A DNA stretch of 40,629 nucleotides from Desulfovibrionales bacterium GWA2_65_9 (GTDB lineage Bacteria; Desulfobacterota; Desulfovibrionia; Desulfovibrionales; Desulfovibrionaceae), in assembly GCA_001799475.1 (NCBI GenBank), contig MGTN01000084.1, forward strand, positions 8,238 through 48,866. The letters run 5' to 3'. Below the pieces are notes generated by a model. That model was not told the origin of the DNA. It did no database searches and saw nothing but the letters and a program-made list of their open reading frames with translations. Of this stretch, positions 1 through 9,967 are shown one piece after another; the first letter of the stretch is position 1, and every line of letters begins with the position of its first letter. The position numbers were made by a program, and so were the translations under genes.

Positions 1-1
1 A

Positions 2-334
2 GAGCTGCGCGAGAAGAGTTCGCGCAACATGGCCCAGCTCATCGCCGAGCTGGAGGTCAAGAAGGGCAACAAGGTCCTCGGCACCGTGATTCCCGAGCGG
101 CGGCTGTACCGGGGCTATGATCAGCCCTTTGCCGAGGTGGAGGTGCTGCCCGGCCTGGGCGACGAGATCTTCACCGTGCTGCTGGGCATGACCGAAGACG
201 GCGGGGCCTCGCTCAAGGTCAACATCAACCCGCTGGTGAACTGGATATGGATCGGCGGCACCATCCTGAGCCTCGCGCCGCTGTTCATCCTGCGCGGCCG
301 CCGTGGCCGGGAGCGGGACCGCGAGAAGGAGTAG
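2..334 (+). CDS. ccmF: Cytochrome c biogenesis heme lyase CcmF, C-terminal part (5' truncated by window)
   Basis: Frame open from base 2; C-terminus 'VNINPLVNWIWIGG' is typical of CcmF; directly precedes ccmABCD. Confidence 0.9.
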   Translation, partial: ELREKSSRNMAQLIAELEVKKGNKVLGTVIPERRLYRGYDQPFAEVEVLPGLGDEIFTVLLGMTEDGGASLKVNINPLVNWIWIGGTILSLAPLFILRGRRGRERDREKE

Positions 335-338
335 GGGC

Positions 339-1106
339 GTGAGTTCCACCGCGAGCATCGCCGCGAGCCCCGCCGCCGTCAGCGGGGGCACCCCGCTCCG
401 GCCGGAAGCGCGGACCGACATCCGGCCCGAAATTCGGCCCGAAATCCGGGCCGACATCCGGCGCGTGGGCAAGTTCTTCGGCTCCAAGCTGGTGCTGCGC
501 GACGTTTCGGCCCAGGTCCTGGCGGGCCAGGCCCTGCTCGTGGTCGGCGGCAACGGCGCGGGCAAGACCACGCTGCTCAAGATCATGGCCGGCTTAAGCC
601 GACCCACGGCGGGCGAGATCGACCTGCGCGTGGCGCCCGAGGACTGCGCCTACCTGGGCCACGCCACCTTCCTCTATCCGCGCCTGAGCGCGGTGGCCAA
701 CCTGACCTTCTGGGGCCGCATGTACGGGCTCTCGCCCACGCGTGCGGAACTGGAGGCGGTGCTCGAGCGGGTGGGCCTTGTGCGCGTGGCGGACGAGCCC
801 GCAGGCACTTTTTCGCGCGGCATGGCCCAGCGCCTGAACCTGGCCCGGGTGTTCCTGATCCAGCCCAGGCTGGTCTTTCTGGACGAGCCGGGCACGGGCC
901 TGGACCCGGCCTCGCAGGAGCTTCTGCGGCGCGAAATTGAAGCCCTGAAAGGGGCGGGCGCGGGCGTGGTCTGGGTCAGCCACCACCTGACCGCGGACCT
1001 GCCCTGCGCCGAGAGCGTGCTCTTCTTGAAGGACGCAGGTGTGGCCTATTTCGGCCCGGCCAGCGGCTTCGACCCCGCATCCAGTGGGGGGGGGCTCTTG
1101 TGCTGA
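339..1106 (+). CDS. ccmA: Heme export ABC ATPase CcmA
   Basis: Walker A GGNGAGKT, signature FSRGMAQR, Walker B VFLDEP; GTG at 339 after AGGAG; operon context. Confidence 0.9.
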   Translation: MSSTASIAASPAAVSGGTPLRPEARTDIRPEIRPEIRADIRRVGKFFGSKLVLRDVSAQVLAGQALLVVGGNGAGKTTLLKIMAGLSRPTAGEIDLRVAPEDCAYLGHATFLYPRLSAVANLTFWGRMYGLSPTRAELEAVLERVGLVRVADEPAGTFSRGMAQRLNLARVFLIQPRLVFLDEPGTGLDPASQELLRREIEALKGAGAGVVWVSHHLTADLPCAESVLFLKDAGVAYFGPASGFDPASSGGGLLC

Positions 1107-1777
1107 GGCGCGCCGGGTTCATCGCGGCCAAGGACCTGCGGCTGTCCGTGGGCGGCGGGCAGGGCCTGGTGCAGGCCATGCTCCTGGGCCTGCTGCTGAT
1201 TTTCCTCTTTTCGCTGTCCCGGCCCACGGGCGAGCTGGTTTCGGGCCAGGCTGCGGCGGCCATCTTCTGGCTGGCCTCGGCCTTTGGGCTGGTGCTGGTG
1301 TTCAACGACCTGTTCAGCCTGGAGGAGCACCAGGGCTGCCGCCTGGGATTGTTGTCCTCGCCCGTGCCGGAGCACTCCGTGTGGCTGGGCAAGGGCCTGG
1401 CCGGGTTCGCGCTGCTGCTTTTGTCCCAGGCCGTGTTCCTGCCTGCCGCGGCGGTGTTCCTGGGCCAGGACGTCAAGGGCTCCTGGGGCGTTCTGCTGTT
1501 GGCGCTCATCGGCGTGGACTGGGGCCTGGCCGCGCTGGGCGCGCTGCTCGGGGCGCTGGCCCAGGGGCAGGGCGCGCGCGAGTCGCTGTTCTCGGTGATC
1601 CTGTTCCCGCTGCTTTTGCCGGTGCTGCTGGGCGGCATCCGCATCTTTGCCGGGGTGTTCACGGGCGACGCGGCCCCGGACCAGGGGCTTTGGGCGGGCA
1701 TCATCGTGGCCTTTGACGCCGTGTTCATCGCTGCGGGCGCGTTTTTGTTCCCCTTCCTGTACACGGGCGAAGAGTAG
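1100..1777 (+). CDS. ccmB: Heme exporter permease CcmB
   Basis: Hydrophobic 225 aa with 'AAKDLRL' and 'FPLLLPVL' motifs; overlaps ccmA stop. Confidence 0.9.
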   Translation: MLRRAGFIAAKDLRLSVGGGQGLVQAMLLGLLLIFLFSLSRPTGELVSGQAAAAIFWLASAFGLVLVFNDLFSLEEHQGCRLGLLSSPVPEHSVWLGKGLAGFALLLLSQAVFLPAAAVFLGQDVKGSWGVLLLALIGVDWGLAALGALLGALAQGQGARESLFSVILFPLLLPVLLGGIRIFAGVFTGDAAPDQGLWAGIIVAFDAVFIAAGAFLFPFLYTGEE

Positions 1778-1805
1778 CGGCTTTTAGGCCGCGTGGAGTG
1801 TGACC

Positions 1806-2495
1806 ATGCCGAACAAACGTATTCTTGCACCCCTGGCCCTGGCCGCCCTGGCGGCCCTGGCCGTCGGCCAGTGGTTCATCTGGGCCTACGCGCCCATCGA
1901 AGAAACCATGGGCCTAGTGCAGAAGATTTTCTACATCCACATGCCGCTCGCCTGGTGGGCGCTGGTGAGCTTCTTCGTGGTCTTTGTGGCCAGCATCCGC
2001 CACCTGATGACGCGCAGCGCCGCTTCGGACATTTTGGCGGGCGCTGCGGCGGAGCTGGGCGTGCTGCTCTCCGGCCTGGCGCTGGTTTCCGGCTCCATCT
2101 GGGGCCGCGCGGCCTGGAACGTCTGGTGGACCTGGGATCCCCGGCTGACCACCACGCTGATCATGTGGTTCGTCTACGCCGGGTACTTGGTGCTGCGCGG
2201 ATCATCCGCAGGGGGGGGCATGGGCGGCGAGCGCCGGGCCATGGTCTGCGCGGTGCTGGGCGTGGTGGCCTTTCTCGACGTGCCGCTGGTGTTCTATTCC
2301 GCGCGCATCTGGCGCAGCGTGCACCCTGCGGTGCTGGCCAGCCAGGGCGGCGGCCTGGAGCCGGAGATGTGGCACACGGTGCTGGTGAATTTGCTGGCCT
2401 TTGGCCTGCTGTGGCTGACGCTGCTGCTCCTGCGCTTCGGCCTGGGCCGGGCCGAGGAACGCGCCCAGGCCATGCTGCAAGGCCGGGAGGGCTGA
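1806..2495 (+). CDS. ccmC: Heme exporter CcmC
   Basis: WWD motif WGRAAWNVWWTWDPRL; conserved His in FYIHMP and SVHP; GGAG upstream of ATG 1806. Confidence 0.93.
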   Translation: MPNKRILAPLALAALAALAVGQWFIWAYAPIEETMGLVQKIFYIHMPLAWWALVSFFVVFVASIRHLMTRSAASDILAGAAAELGVLLSGLALVSGSIWGRAAWNVWWTWDPRLTTTLIMWFVYAGYLVLRGSSAGGGMGGERRAMVCAVLGVVAFLDVPLVFYSARIWRSVHPAVLASQGGGLEPEMWHTVLVNLLAFGLLWLTLLLLRFGLGRAEERAQAMLQGREG

Positions 2496-2497
2496 TC

Positions 2498-2635
2498 ATG
2501 AACGGATATCTTGTGGCGGCCAATGCCGCCGTGTGGTTTGCCCTGGCGGCCTACGGGACCCTGCTTGTCCTGCGTGGCCGGGCCGTGGAGAGACGCCTCA
2601 AACAATTGGAGATGCTGCGTGAGCGCAACGACTAA
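2498..2635 (+). CDS. ccmD: CcmD small membrane protein (45 aa)
   Basis: MNGYLVAANAAVWFALAAYGTLLVLRGRAVERRLKQLEMLRERND: one TM helix plus charged tail, right after ccmC, GGAGG RBS. Confidence 0.8.
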   Translation: MNGYLVAANAAVWFALAAYGTLLVLRGRAVERRLKQLEMLRERND

Positions 2636-3284
2636 ACGTTCCCCCGATCATTCCCTGCCCTTGGGCGGCGGCCAGAAGCTCGTCTTGGCGGCGCTGTTGG
2701 CGGCGCTCCTGGCCATGTTCGTCGGCTCCTTCGTGTACCGCATGCAGGGCTCCGGCCTGGCGGTGGAGATCAAGCAGGAGCGCGGCGGCATGGGTGGCAT
2801 GGGCGGCAAGGGCGGGCCTGGCGGCGGCATGGGCGGCCCGATGGGCGGCGCCATGGGTGGAATAGACATGGAGCACCTGCGCGAGCTCATGGGCACCATG
2901 GAGAAAAACCCCAATGACCCCAAGGTGCTTCTGGAGCTGGGCAACACCTTCATGATGATGCAGGCCTGGGACAAGGCCTTGGAGTTTTTGGACAAGGCCG
3001 TCAAACTGACGCCGAAGGACGCCCAGGTGCACCGGGCCATGGGCATGGTGCGCTTCGAGCGCAAGGAGTACGAGCTGGCCCGCAAGTCCTTTGACACGGT
3101 GCTCAAGATGGCGCCGGACGACGTGCTGGCCCATTACAACATGGGCATCCTGCTCAAGCACTACATGAAGAAGCCCGCCGAGGGCGACGCGCACTTCCGC
3201 AAGGTGGTCCAGCTGGGCGGCGCAACCGACCCGGAGGTGCTCAAGAGCGCCGAGGAAGAGCTGGTTCCCGGCGGCAAGAAGTAG
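2619..3284 (+). CDS. Membrane-anchored TPR protein, CcmI/CycH-like
   Basis: N-terminal TM helix, Gly/Met-rich linker, about 3 TPR repeats; last gene of ccm operon; GTG 2619 after GGAG. Confidence 0.75.
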   Translation: MSATTKRSPDHSLPLGGGQKLVLAALLAALLAMFVGSFVYRMQGSGLAVEIKQERGGMGGMGGKGGPGGGMGGPMGGAMGGIDMEHLRELMGTMEKNPNDPKVLLELGNTFMMMQAWDKALEFLDKAVKLTPKDAQVHRAMGMVRFERKEYELARKSFDTVLKMAPDDVLAHYNMGILLKHYMKKPAEGDAHFRKVVQLGGATDPEVLKSAEEELVPGGKK

Positions 3285-3310
3285 GCAGTCCAGGCGCTGG
3301 CTGCAGCGCC

Positions 3311-3338
3311 TTGACATGGCCGGGCATCTCGCTAAAAT
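3311..3338 (+). promoter_or_regulatory. Putative sigma70 promoter of liv operon
   Basis: TTGACA(3311-3316)-N16-TAAAAT(3333-3338). Confidence 0.6.
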
Positions 3339-3437
3339 ACCCGGCTTCTAGGCTCTCGCGGCGGGGGAATGCCCATTTCCCGCGTCTTGGCCATATGTGG
3401 TGAATGTTGTTGACAGAACTCATCTGGAGGGACTCGC

Positions 3438-4610
3438 ATGAAGTCGAAATGGTTCGTGACGGTGCTGGGCGTCGCCCTGGCGGGCATGCTTGCCGTGGGT
3501 TGCGGCGGCGAGAAAAAGGAAGAAAAGAAGGCTGAAGCGCCCAAGCAGGAAGCTGCCGCCCCGGCCAAGAAGCTGGTGCTCGGCGTGGCCGGCGCCCAGA
3601 GCGGCGACCTGGCCTCCTACGGCCTGCCCTCTGTCAACGCCGCCAAGCTGGTGGCCAAGGAATGGAACGCCAAGGGCGGCGTGAACGGCATGCTGGTCGA
3701 AGTGCAGGCCATGGACGACCAGTGCAAGCCCGAGCTGGCGACCAACGCGGCCACCAAGCTCGTGAGCGAGAAGGCCAGCATCGTCATCGGCCACATCTGC
3801 TCCGGCGCCACCAAGGCCGCCCTGCCCATCTACAAGGACGCCAAGGTCGTGGTCATGTCGCCCTCGGCCACCAGCACCGAGCTGACCCAGAACGGCAGCT
3901 ACCCCAATTTCTTCCGCACCATTTCCTACGACCTGATCCAGGGCAAGGCCGCCGCCGAGTTCGCCACGGCCGAGCTGAAGGTCAAGAAGGTCGCGGTCAT
4001 CCACGACAAGGGCGACTACGGCAAGGGCTTCGCCGAGAGCGCCAAGAAGGCCATCGAGGACGGCAAGGCCGCCAAGGTCGCCCTCTTTGAAGGCATCACC
4101 CCCGGCGGCGTGGACTACTCCGCCGTGGTCCAGAAGATCAAGGCTTCCGGCGCGGATTGCGTGCTTTTTGGCGGCTACTACCCCGAAGCCTCCAAGATCG
4201 TCGTGCAGATGCACAAGAAGGGCCTCAAGATCGCCTTTGTCACCGACGACGGCGTGAAGGACGACACCTTCATCAAGCTCGCCGGCGCCGATGCCGAGGG
4301 CGTGTATGCCACCGGCCCGCAGATCCTTGTCGACAACGCCGTCTACAAGAAGGCCGTGGCCGACCATGAGAAGGAGTTCGGCTCCGCGCCCGGATCGTTC
4401 TTCGCCCAGGGCTATGCTGCGGCCCAGACCCTCCTGAACGCCGTGGCCAAGGCCGGCGGCACCGACTACGACAAGGTCGTGGCCGCCCTGCAGAAGGAAT
4501 ACGTCGAGACCCCGGTCGGCAAGATCAAGTTCGACGCCAAGGGCGACGCCGAGGGCGTGAGCTTCTCCGTGTACCAGGTCAAGAGCGGCAAGTACGAACT
4601 GGTGAAGTAG
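3438..4610 (+). CDS. livK: Branched-chain amino acid ABC transporter substrate-binding lipoprotein (LivK/LivJ family)
   Basis: Lipobox LAVGC; 'DDQCKPE', 'GHICSGAT', 'HDKGDYGKG' motifs; GGAGG RBS. Confidence 0.9.
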   Translation: MKSKWFVTVLGVALAGMLAVGCGGEKKEEKKAEAPKQEAAAPAKKLVLGVAGAQSGDLASYGLPSVNAAKLVAKEWNAKGGVNGMLVEVQAMDDQCKPELATNAATKLVSEKASIVIGHICSGATKAALPIYKDAKVVVMSPSATSTELTQNGSYPNFFRTISYDLIQGKAAAEFATAELKVKKVAVIHDKGDYGKGFAESAKKAIEDGKAAKVALFEGITPGGVDYSAVVQKIKASGADCVLFGGYYPEASKIVVQMHKKGLKIAFVTDDGVKDDTFIKLAGADAEGVYATGPQILVDNAVYKKAVADHEKEFGSAPGSFFAQGYAAAQTLLNAVAKAGGTDYDKVVAALQKEYVETPVGKIKFDAKGDAEGVSFSVYQVKSGKYELVK

Positions 4611-4646
4611 CCTCCGCCGCCCGGCACACGGGCGTGCGAAAATCTG

Positions 4647-4682
4647 CCAGGGGGCGGGGGCGGTCATGCGCCCGTCCCCTGG
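4647..4682 (+). other. GC-rich intercistronic hairpin between livK and livH
   Basis: CCAGGGGGCGGGGGCG...CGCCCGTCCCCTGG imperfect inverted repeat, no U-tract. Confidence 0.45.
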
Positions 4683-4731
4683 TTCCGTAAGGCCGCCTCC
4701 GGATATTTCCGGCCGGCCGGGTGGTTCGTGA

Positions 4732-5634
4732 ATGGAATATTTTCTCCAGCTTTTTTTCGGGGGCTTAAGCCGCGGCAGCGTGTACGCACTCATCGCGCTG
4801 GGCTACACCATGGTCTACGGCATCATTGAGCTCATCAATTTCGCCCACGGCGAGATCTACATGATCGGCGCCTTCATGGGCCTCATCGTGGCCGGGGTGC
4901 TGACCGCCCTGGGCTGGCCCGCGCTGTCCATCCTGGCCATCGCCCTGGTGGTCTCGGTGCTCTATTCCGCGGCCTACGGCTACACTGTGGAGAAGATCGC
5001 CTACAAGCCGCTGCGCAGCGCGCCGCGCCTGGCCCCGCTCATCTCGGCCATCGGCATGTCGATCCTGCTCCAGAACTATATCATGCTCGCCCAGACCCCG
5101 GATTTCCTGCCCTTCCCCCGGCTCATCCCCGAGCTGGCCTTCATGGAGCCCGTGAGCAACTACCTGGGCACCTCGGACATGTTCATCATCGTCACCTCGC
5201 TGGTGGTCATGGTGGCCTTGACCCTGTTCATCAAGTTCACACGCATGGGCAAGGCCATGCGGGCCACCGCGCAGAACAGGAAGATGGCCATGCTCGTCGG
5301 CGTCAACGTCGACCAGGTCATCAGCGTGACCTTCATCATCGGCTCGAGCCTGGCGGCCGTGGGCGGCGTGCTCATCGCGGCCCATGTCGGGCAGATCAAT
5401 TTCGCCATCGGCTTTCTGGCCGGCATCAAGGCCTTCACCGCGGCGGTGCTGGGCGGCATCGGCAGCATCCCCGGCGCGGTTCTGGGCGGCCTGGTCCTGG
5501 GCTGGACCGAGAGCTTCGCCACGGGCTATGTCTCCAGCGACTACGAGGACGTTTTCGCCTTCCTGCTGCTGGTGGTCATCCTGATCTTCCGCCCTGCCGG
5601 TCTGCTCGGCAAGCAGCGGGCGCAAAAGGTGTAG
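4732..5634 (+). CDS. livH: BCAA ABC permease LivH
   Basis: 'YALIALGYTMVYGIIELINFAHGE' and 'AFTAAVLGGIGS' motifs. Confidence 0.93.
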   Translation: MEYFLQLFFGGLSRGSVYALIALGYTMVYGIIELINFAHGEIYMIGAFMGLIVAGVLTALGWPALSILAIALVVSVLYSAAYGYTVEKIAYKPLRSAPRLAPLISAIGMSILLQNYIMLAQTPDFLPFPRLIPELAFMEPVSNYLGTSDMFIIVTSLVVMVALTLFIKFTRMGKAMRATAQNRKMAMLVGVNVDQVISVTFIIGSSLAAVGGVLIAAHVGQINFAIGFLAGIKAFTAAVLGGIGSIPGAVLGGLVLGWTESFATGYVSSDYEDVFAFLLLVVILIFRPAGLLGKQRAQKV

Positions 5635-5636
5635 CC

Positions 5637-6884
5637 ATGGCGCAAGCGAACCCCATCCAACACCCCACCCAGCACGTCATCCAGCACGTTAAGCAGGCCT
5701 TTGTGGCCGCCATCTGGCTGGCCTTCCTGACCCTGCCGATCATGGTCATCCGCGTGGACACGGTGGAGAAGACCGTGACCTGGCGCTGGATGAACCTGGC
5801 CTACATGGCCCTCGGCAGCTTCGTGCTGGCCCTGGCCTGGTACTGCATGATGGAGCGCCGCGACCAAAGCCAGGCCAGGAAGGACCTGGAGACCGTGGAG
5901 CGCGACTCGGCCCTTTCGCGCTTCCTGTCCGACCCGCGCTTCGCCAAGCCGCTCATGGCCTTCGGCCTGCTCGTGGCCGCAGGCTTCCCCTGGTTCTTCT
6001 CCATGTACCAGACGAACATCCTGGTCAGCGCGCTGATCTACGTGGTCCTGGGCCTGGGGCTGAACATCACCGTGGGCCTGGCCGGGCTGCTGGACCTGGG
6101 CTACGTGGCCTTCTACGCCGTGGGCGCCTACACCTACGCGCTCCTCAACCACCACTTCCAGCTGGGCTTCTGGACCGTGCTGCCGCTGGGCGCGGTTTTG
6201 GGCGCGTTCTTCGGCATCCTGCTCGGCTTTCCGGTGCTGCGCCTGCGCGGCGACTATCTGGCCATCGTGACGCTCGGCTTCGGGCAGATCATCCGCCTGG
6301 TGCTGGAGAACTGGAGCGCCTTCTCCTTCGGCCCCAGCGGCATCTCGAACATCGACCGGCCCGGGCTCTTCGGCATCACCTATTCGGTGGAGCAGGCCAC
6401 CACCTACATGTACTACATCATGCTGGCCCTGGTGCTCTTGACCATCTTCGTCACGGCCCGGCTCAAGGACTCGCGCATCGGGCGGGCCTGGCTGGCCCTG
6501 CGCGAGGACGAGATCGCCTGCCAGGCCATGGGCATCGACAACACCCGGGCCAAGCTCATGGCCTTTTCCCTGGGCGCCACGCTGGCTGCCCTCATGGGCG
6601 TGGTCTTCGCGGCCAAGACGACCTTCATCAACCCGGCCAGCTTCACCTTCATGGAGTCGGCCATGATCCTGGCCATCGTGGTGCTGGGCGGCATGGGCTC
6701 GGTTTTGGGCGTCATTCTGGGCGCGTTTTTGCTCATGCTCCTGCCCGAGTACCTGCGCGCCTTCTCCGAGTACCGCATGCTCATCTTCGGCTTCACCATG
6801 GTCCTGATCATGGTCTTCCGGCCCCAGGGGCTGGTGCGCGCCAAGCGCAAGGTCTACAAGATCAACGTGGAACAGGCGGGCTAG
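5637..6884 (+). CDS. livM: BCAA ABC permease LivM
   Basis: 'GLAGLLDLGYVAFYAVGAY' and 'LRLRGDYLAIVTLGFG' motifs. Confidence 0.93.
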   Translation: MAQANPIQHPTQHVIQHVKQAFVAAIWLAFLTLPIMVIRVDTVEKTVTWRWMNLAYMALGSFVLALAWYCMMERRDQSQARKDLETVERDSALSRFLSDPRFAKPLMAFGLLVAAGFPWFFSMYQTNILVSALIYVVLGLGLNITVGLAGLLDLGYVAFYAVGAYTYALLNHHFQLGFWTVLPLGAVLGAFFGILLGFPVLRLRGDYLAIVTLGFGQIIRLVLENWSAFSFGPSGISNIDRPGLFGITYSVEQATTYMYYIMLALVLLTIFVTARLKDSRIGRAWLALREDEIACQAMGIDNTRAKLMAFSLGATLAALMGVVFAAKTTFINPASFTFMESAMILAIVVLGGMGSVLGVILGAFLLMLLPEYLRAFSEYRMLIFGFTMVLIMVFRPQGLVRAKRKVYKINVEQAG

Positions 6885-6887
6885 CGC

Positions 6888-7730
6888 ATGGGCCAGGGCA
6901 TGAACGAAGCGACCAACCGCAGCGCCGAGAGCGCGGTGCTCTCCGTGCGCAACGTGAGCATGAACTTTGGCGGCCTGCGCGCGCTTTCCGAGGTGGACCT
7001 GGACGTGCGGCCCGGCGAGGTGGTGGCGCTCATCGGCCCCAACGGCGCGGGCAAGACCACCTTCTTCAACTGCATCACCGGCATCTACACGCCCACCGGC
7101 GGCGAGGTCACGGCCTACCCCAGGACCGGCAAGCCGAAGCGCCCTGAGGGCATACGAATCAACGGCATGCGCACCAACCTCGTGTGCGAGCTGGGCATGG
7201 CCAGGACCTTCCAGAACATCCGGCTGTTTCCGTCCATGACGGCGCTGGAGAACGTCATGATCGGGCGGCACTGCCGCACCAAAACCGGCATCCTGGGCGC
7301 TGTGCTGCGCGGGGCGGCAACCCGGCGCGAGGAGCAGGAGGTCGTGGACAAGAGCTTTGAGATGCTGACCAAGGTCGGCCTGGAGAAGCTGGCCAACGAG
7401 TATGCGCGCAACCTGCCCTACGGCGCGCAGCGCAGGCTGGAGATCGCCCGGGCCCTGGCCACGGAGCCCTTTCTGCTGCTGCTCGACGAGCCGGCCGCGG
7501 GCATGAATCCCCAGGAGACCGAGGAACTCAAGCAGATGGTCATCCGCATCCGCGAGGAGTTCAAGGTGTCCGTGCTCCTGATCGAACACGACATGAAGAT
7601 GGTCATGAGCCTGTCCGACCGCATCTATGTCATGGAATACGGCCGCATCATCTCCACCGGCACCCCGAAGCAGGTGGGCGAAGACCCGCAGGTCATCCGG
7701 GCCTACCTGGGCGAGGACAGCGATGCTTGA
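6888..7730 (+). CDS. livG: BCAA ABC ATPase LivG
   Basis: GPNGAGKTT, RTFQNIRLF, LPYGAQRRLEIARAL, LDEPAAG; start may be ATG 6900. Confidence 0.92.
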   Translation: MGQGMNEATNRSAESAVLSVRNVSMNFGGLRALSEVDLDVRPGEVVALIGPNGAGKTTFFNCITGIYTPTGGEVTAYPRTGKPKRPEGIRINGMRTNLVCELGMARTFQNIRLFPSMTALENVMIGRHCRTKTGILGAVLRGAATRREEQEVVDKSFEMLTKVGLEKLANEYARNLPYGAQRRLEIARALATEPFLLLLDEPAAGMNPQETEELKQMVIRIREEFKVSVLLIEHDMKMVMSLSDRIYVMEYGRIISTGTPKQVGEDPQVIRAYLGEDSDA

Positions 7731-8430
7731 GCTCAAAGATATCGACGCCTTCTACGGCAACATCCAGGCCCTGCGCGAGGTGAACATCACCATCGGCGAG
7801 GGCGAGATCATCACGCTCATCGGGGCCAACGGCGCGGGCAAGTCGACCACGCTCATGACCATCTGCGGCGTGGTGCCGCCGCGAAGGGGCCAGGTGCTGT
7901 TCCAGGGCCAGTCCTTAAGCGGCGTGTCCCCGGACAAGGTCGTGGCGCGCGGCATCTGCCAGGTGCCCGAGGGCCGGCTCATCTTCCCGGACCTGACCGT
8001 GCAGGAGAACCTGGACATGGGCGCGTTTTTGCGCTCGGACAAGGGCGGCATCAAGAACGACCTGGACCAGGTCTTCGGCCTGTTCCCGATTCTGCTGGAG
8101 CGGCGCGGCCAGCTCGGCGGCACGCTCTCCGGCGGGGAGCAGCAGATGCTGGCCATCAGCCGCGCGCTCATGGCCCGGCCCAAGCTGCTGTTGCTCGACG
8201 AGCCCTCGCTCGGCCTGGCCCCGCTGATCATCCGGCAGATTTTCGACATCATCAAGAAGATCAACAAGGAGTCCAACACCACGATCTTCCTGGTTGAGCA
8301 GAACGCCAACCAGGCGCTCAAGGTGGCGCACCGGGGCTATGTCATGGAGAACGGGCGCATAACGCTCGAAGATTCCTGCGACAAGCTCCTTGCCAATGAC
8401 GAGGTCAAGAAGGCATATCTGGGGCTCTAG
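7723..8430 (+). CDS. livF: BCAA ABC ATPase LivF
   Basis: [31 protein letters not shown]; ATG 7723 overlaps livG end. Confidence 0.93.
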   Translation: MLELKDIDAFYGNIQALREVNITIGEGEIITLIGANGAGKSTTLMTICGVVPPRRGQVLFQGQSLSGVSPDKVVARGICQVPEGRLIFPDLTVQENLDMGAFLRSDKGGIKNDLDQVFGLFPILLERRGQLGGTLSGGEQQMLAISRALMARPKLLLLDEPSLGLAPLIIRQIFDIIKKINKESNTTIFLVEQNANQALKVAHRGYVMENGRITLEDSCDKLLANDEVKKAYLGL

Positions 8431-8488
8431 ACGATCCCAGCCGCACTCGAAACCCGGAGAACGCCGGGAAAAACGGGAGAGAAGGACC

Positions 8489-9946
8489 ATGCAGGACAAA
8501 ATTATCGGCAAAGCGCTCACCTTCGACGACGTGCTGCTCATGCCGGACTACTCGGAGGTCCTGCCGGACTCGGTCGATGTGGGCACCATGCTCACGCCCT
8601 CCATCCGGCTGAACATTCCGCTTTTGTCCGCCGCCATGGACACCGTGACCGAGGCGCGCATGGCCATCAGCATGGCCCGGCACGGCGGGGTGGGCGTCGT
8701 CCACAAGAACATGAGCATCCGCGACCAGGTGCGCGAGGTCGACAAGGTCAAGAAGAGCGAGTCGGGCATGATCCACGACCCGGTCACGGTGCACCCGGAC
8801 GACAACGTGGGCAAGGTGCTGGCGCTCATGAGCGAGTACCGCATCTCTGGCCTGCCCGTTGTCCGCGGCGACACGCTGGTGGGCATCGTCACCAACCGCG
8901 ACGTGCGCTTCGTCACCGACCCGGCCACCCCGGTCTCCGAGGTCATGACCAGCCGCAACCTGATCACCGTGCCCGTGGGCATCAGCGACGAGGAAGCCAA
9001 GCGCCAGCTGCACCAGAACCGCATCGAGAAGCTGCTGGTGGTGGACGACAACGACAAGCTCATGGGCCTGATCACCATCAAGGACATCGAGAAGGTCAAG
9101 AAATACCCCAACGCCTGCAAGGACGACCTGGGCCGCCTGCGCGTGGGCGCGGCCGTGGGCGTGGGCCAGGACGGCATCTCCCGGGCCGAGGCGCTCTTGC
9201 GCGCCGGGTGCGATTTCCTGGTGCTCGACTCGGCCCACGGGCATTCCAAGAACATCCTGGACGCCGCGCGCGTCCTGCGCCAGACCTTCCCCGAGGCCCA
9301 GCTCATCGGCGGCAACGTGGCCACCTATGAGGGCGCCAAGGCGCTCATCGAGGCCGGTGTGGACACGGTCAAGGTCGGCATCGGGCCGGGCTCCATCTGC
9401 ACCACGCGCATCGTGGCCGGGGTGGGCGTGCCGCAGATCACGGCCATCCTGGAGGCGGGGCGCGCCTGCCGCGAGGCGGGCAAGTGCATCATCGCCGACG
9501 GCGGCATCAAGTTCTCCGGCGACGTGGTGAAAGCCCTGGCCGCCGGGGCCGACACCTGCATGATGGGCTCGCTCTTTGCCGGCACCGAGGAAAGCCCTGG
9601 CGAGACCATCCTGTACCAGGGCCGCACCTACAAGATCTACCGGGGCATGGGCTCCATCGACGCCATGGCCGCAGGCAGCAGCGACCGCTATTTCCAGGAC
9701 AAGAGCAAGAAGCTCGTGCCCGAGGGCATCGTCGGCCGCGTGCCCTTCCGCGGCCAGGTGACCGAGAGCATCCACCAGCTGGTGGGCGGCCTGCGCTCCG
9801 GCATGGGCTACCTGGGCTGCGGCACCATCGACGAGCTCAAGGTCAAGGCCCGGTTCATGCAGATCTCGTCTGCGGGCCTGCGCGAAAGCCACGTCCACGA
9901 CGTCATCATCACCAAGGAATCTCCCAACTACCGCGTCGAATCCTAA
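8489..9946 (+). CDS. guaB: IMP dehydrogenase (with CBS pair)
   Basis: LTFDDVLL; catalytic [10 protein letters not shown]; YRGMGS; AAGGA RBS before ATG 8489. Confidence 0.97.
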   Translation: MQDKIIGKALTFDDVLLMPDYSEVLPDSVDVGTMLTPSIRLNIPLLSAAMDTVTEARMAISMARHGGVGVVHKNMSIRDQVREVDKVKKSESGMIHDPVTVHPDDNVGKVLALMSEYRISGLPVVRGDTLVGIVTNRDVRFVTDPATPVSEVMTSRNLITVPVGISDEEAKRQLHQNRIEKLLVVDDNDKLMGLITIKDIEKVKKYPNACKDDLGRLRVGAAVGVGQDGISRAEALLRAGCDFLVLDSAHGHSKNILDAARVLRQTFPEAQLIGGNVATYEGAKALIEAGVDTVKVGIGPGSICTTRIVAGVGVPQITAILEAGRACREAGKCIIADGGIKFSGDVVKALAAGADTCMMGSLFAGTEESPGETILYQGRTYKIYRGMGSIDAMAAGSSDRYFQDKSKKLVPEGIVGRVPFRGQVTESIHQLVGGLRSGMGYLGCGTIDELKVKARFMQISSAGLRESHVHDVIITKESPNYRVES

Positions 9947-9967
9947 GGCGCGAAGCAGGCTCGTCAT

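Noticed and set aside
1793-2635. 280-aa ORF overlapping ccmC
   Set aside because: Alternative frame; only the last 45 codons (ccmD) are credible
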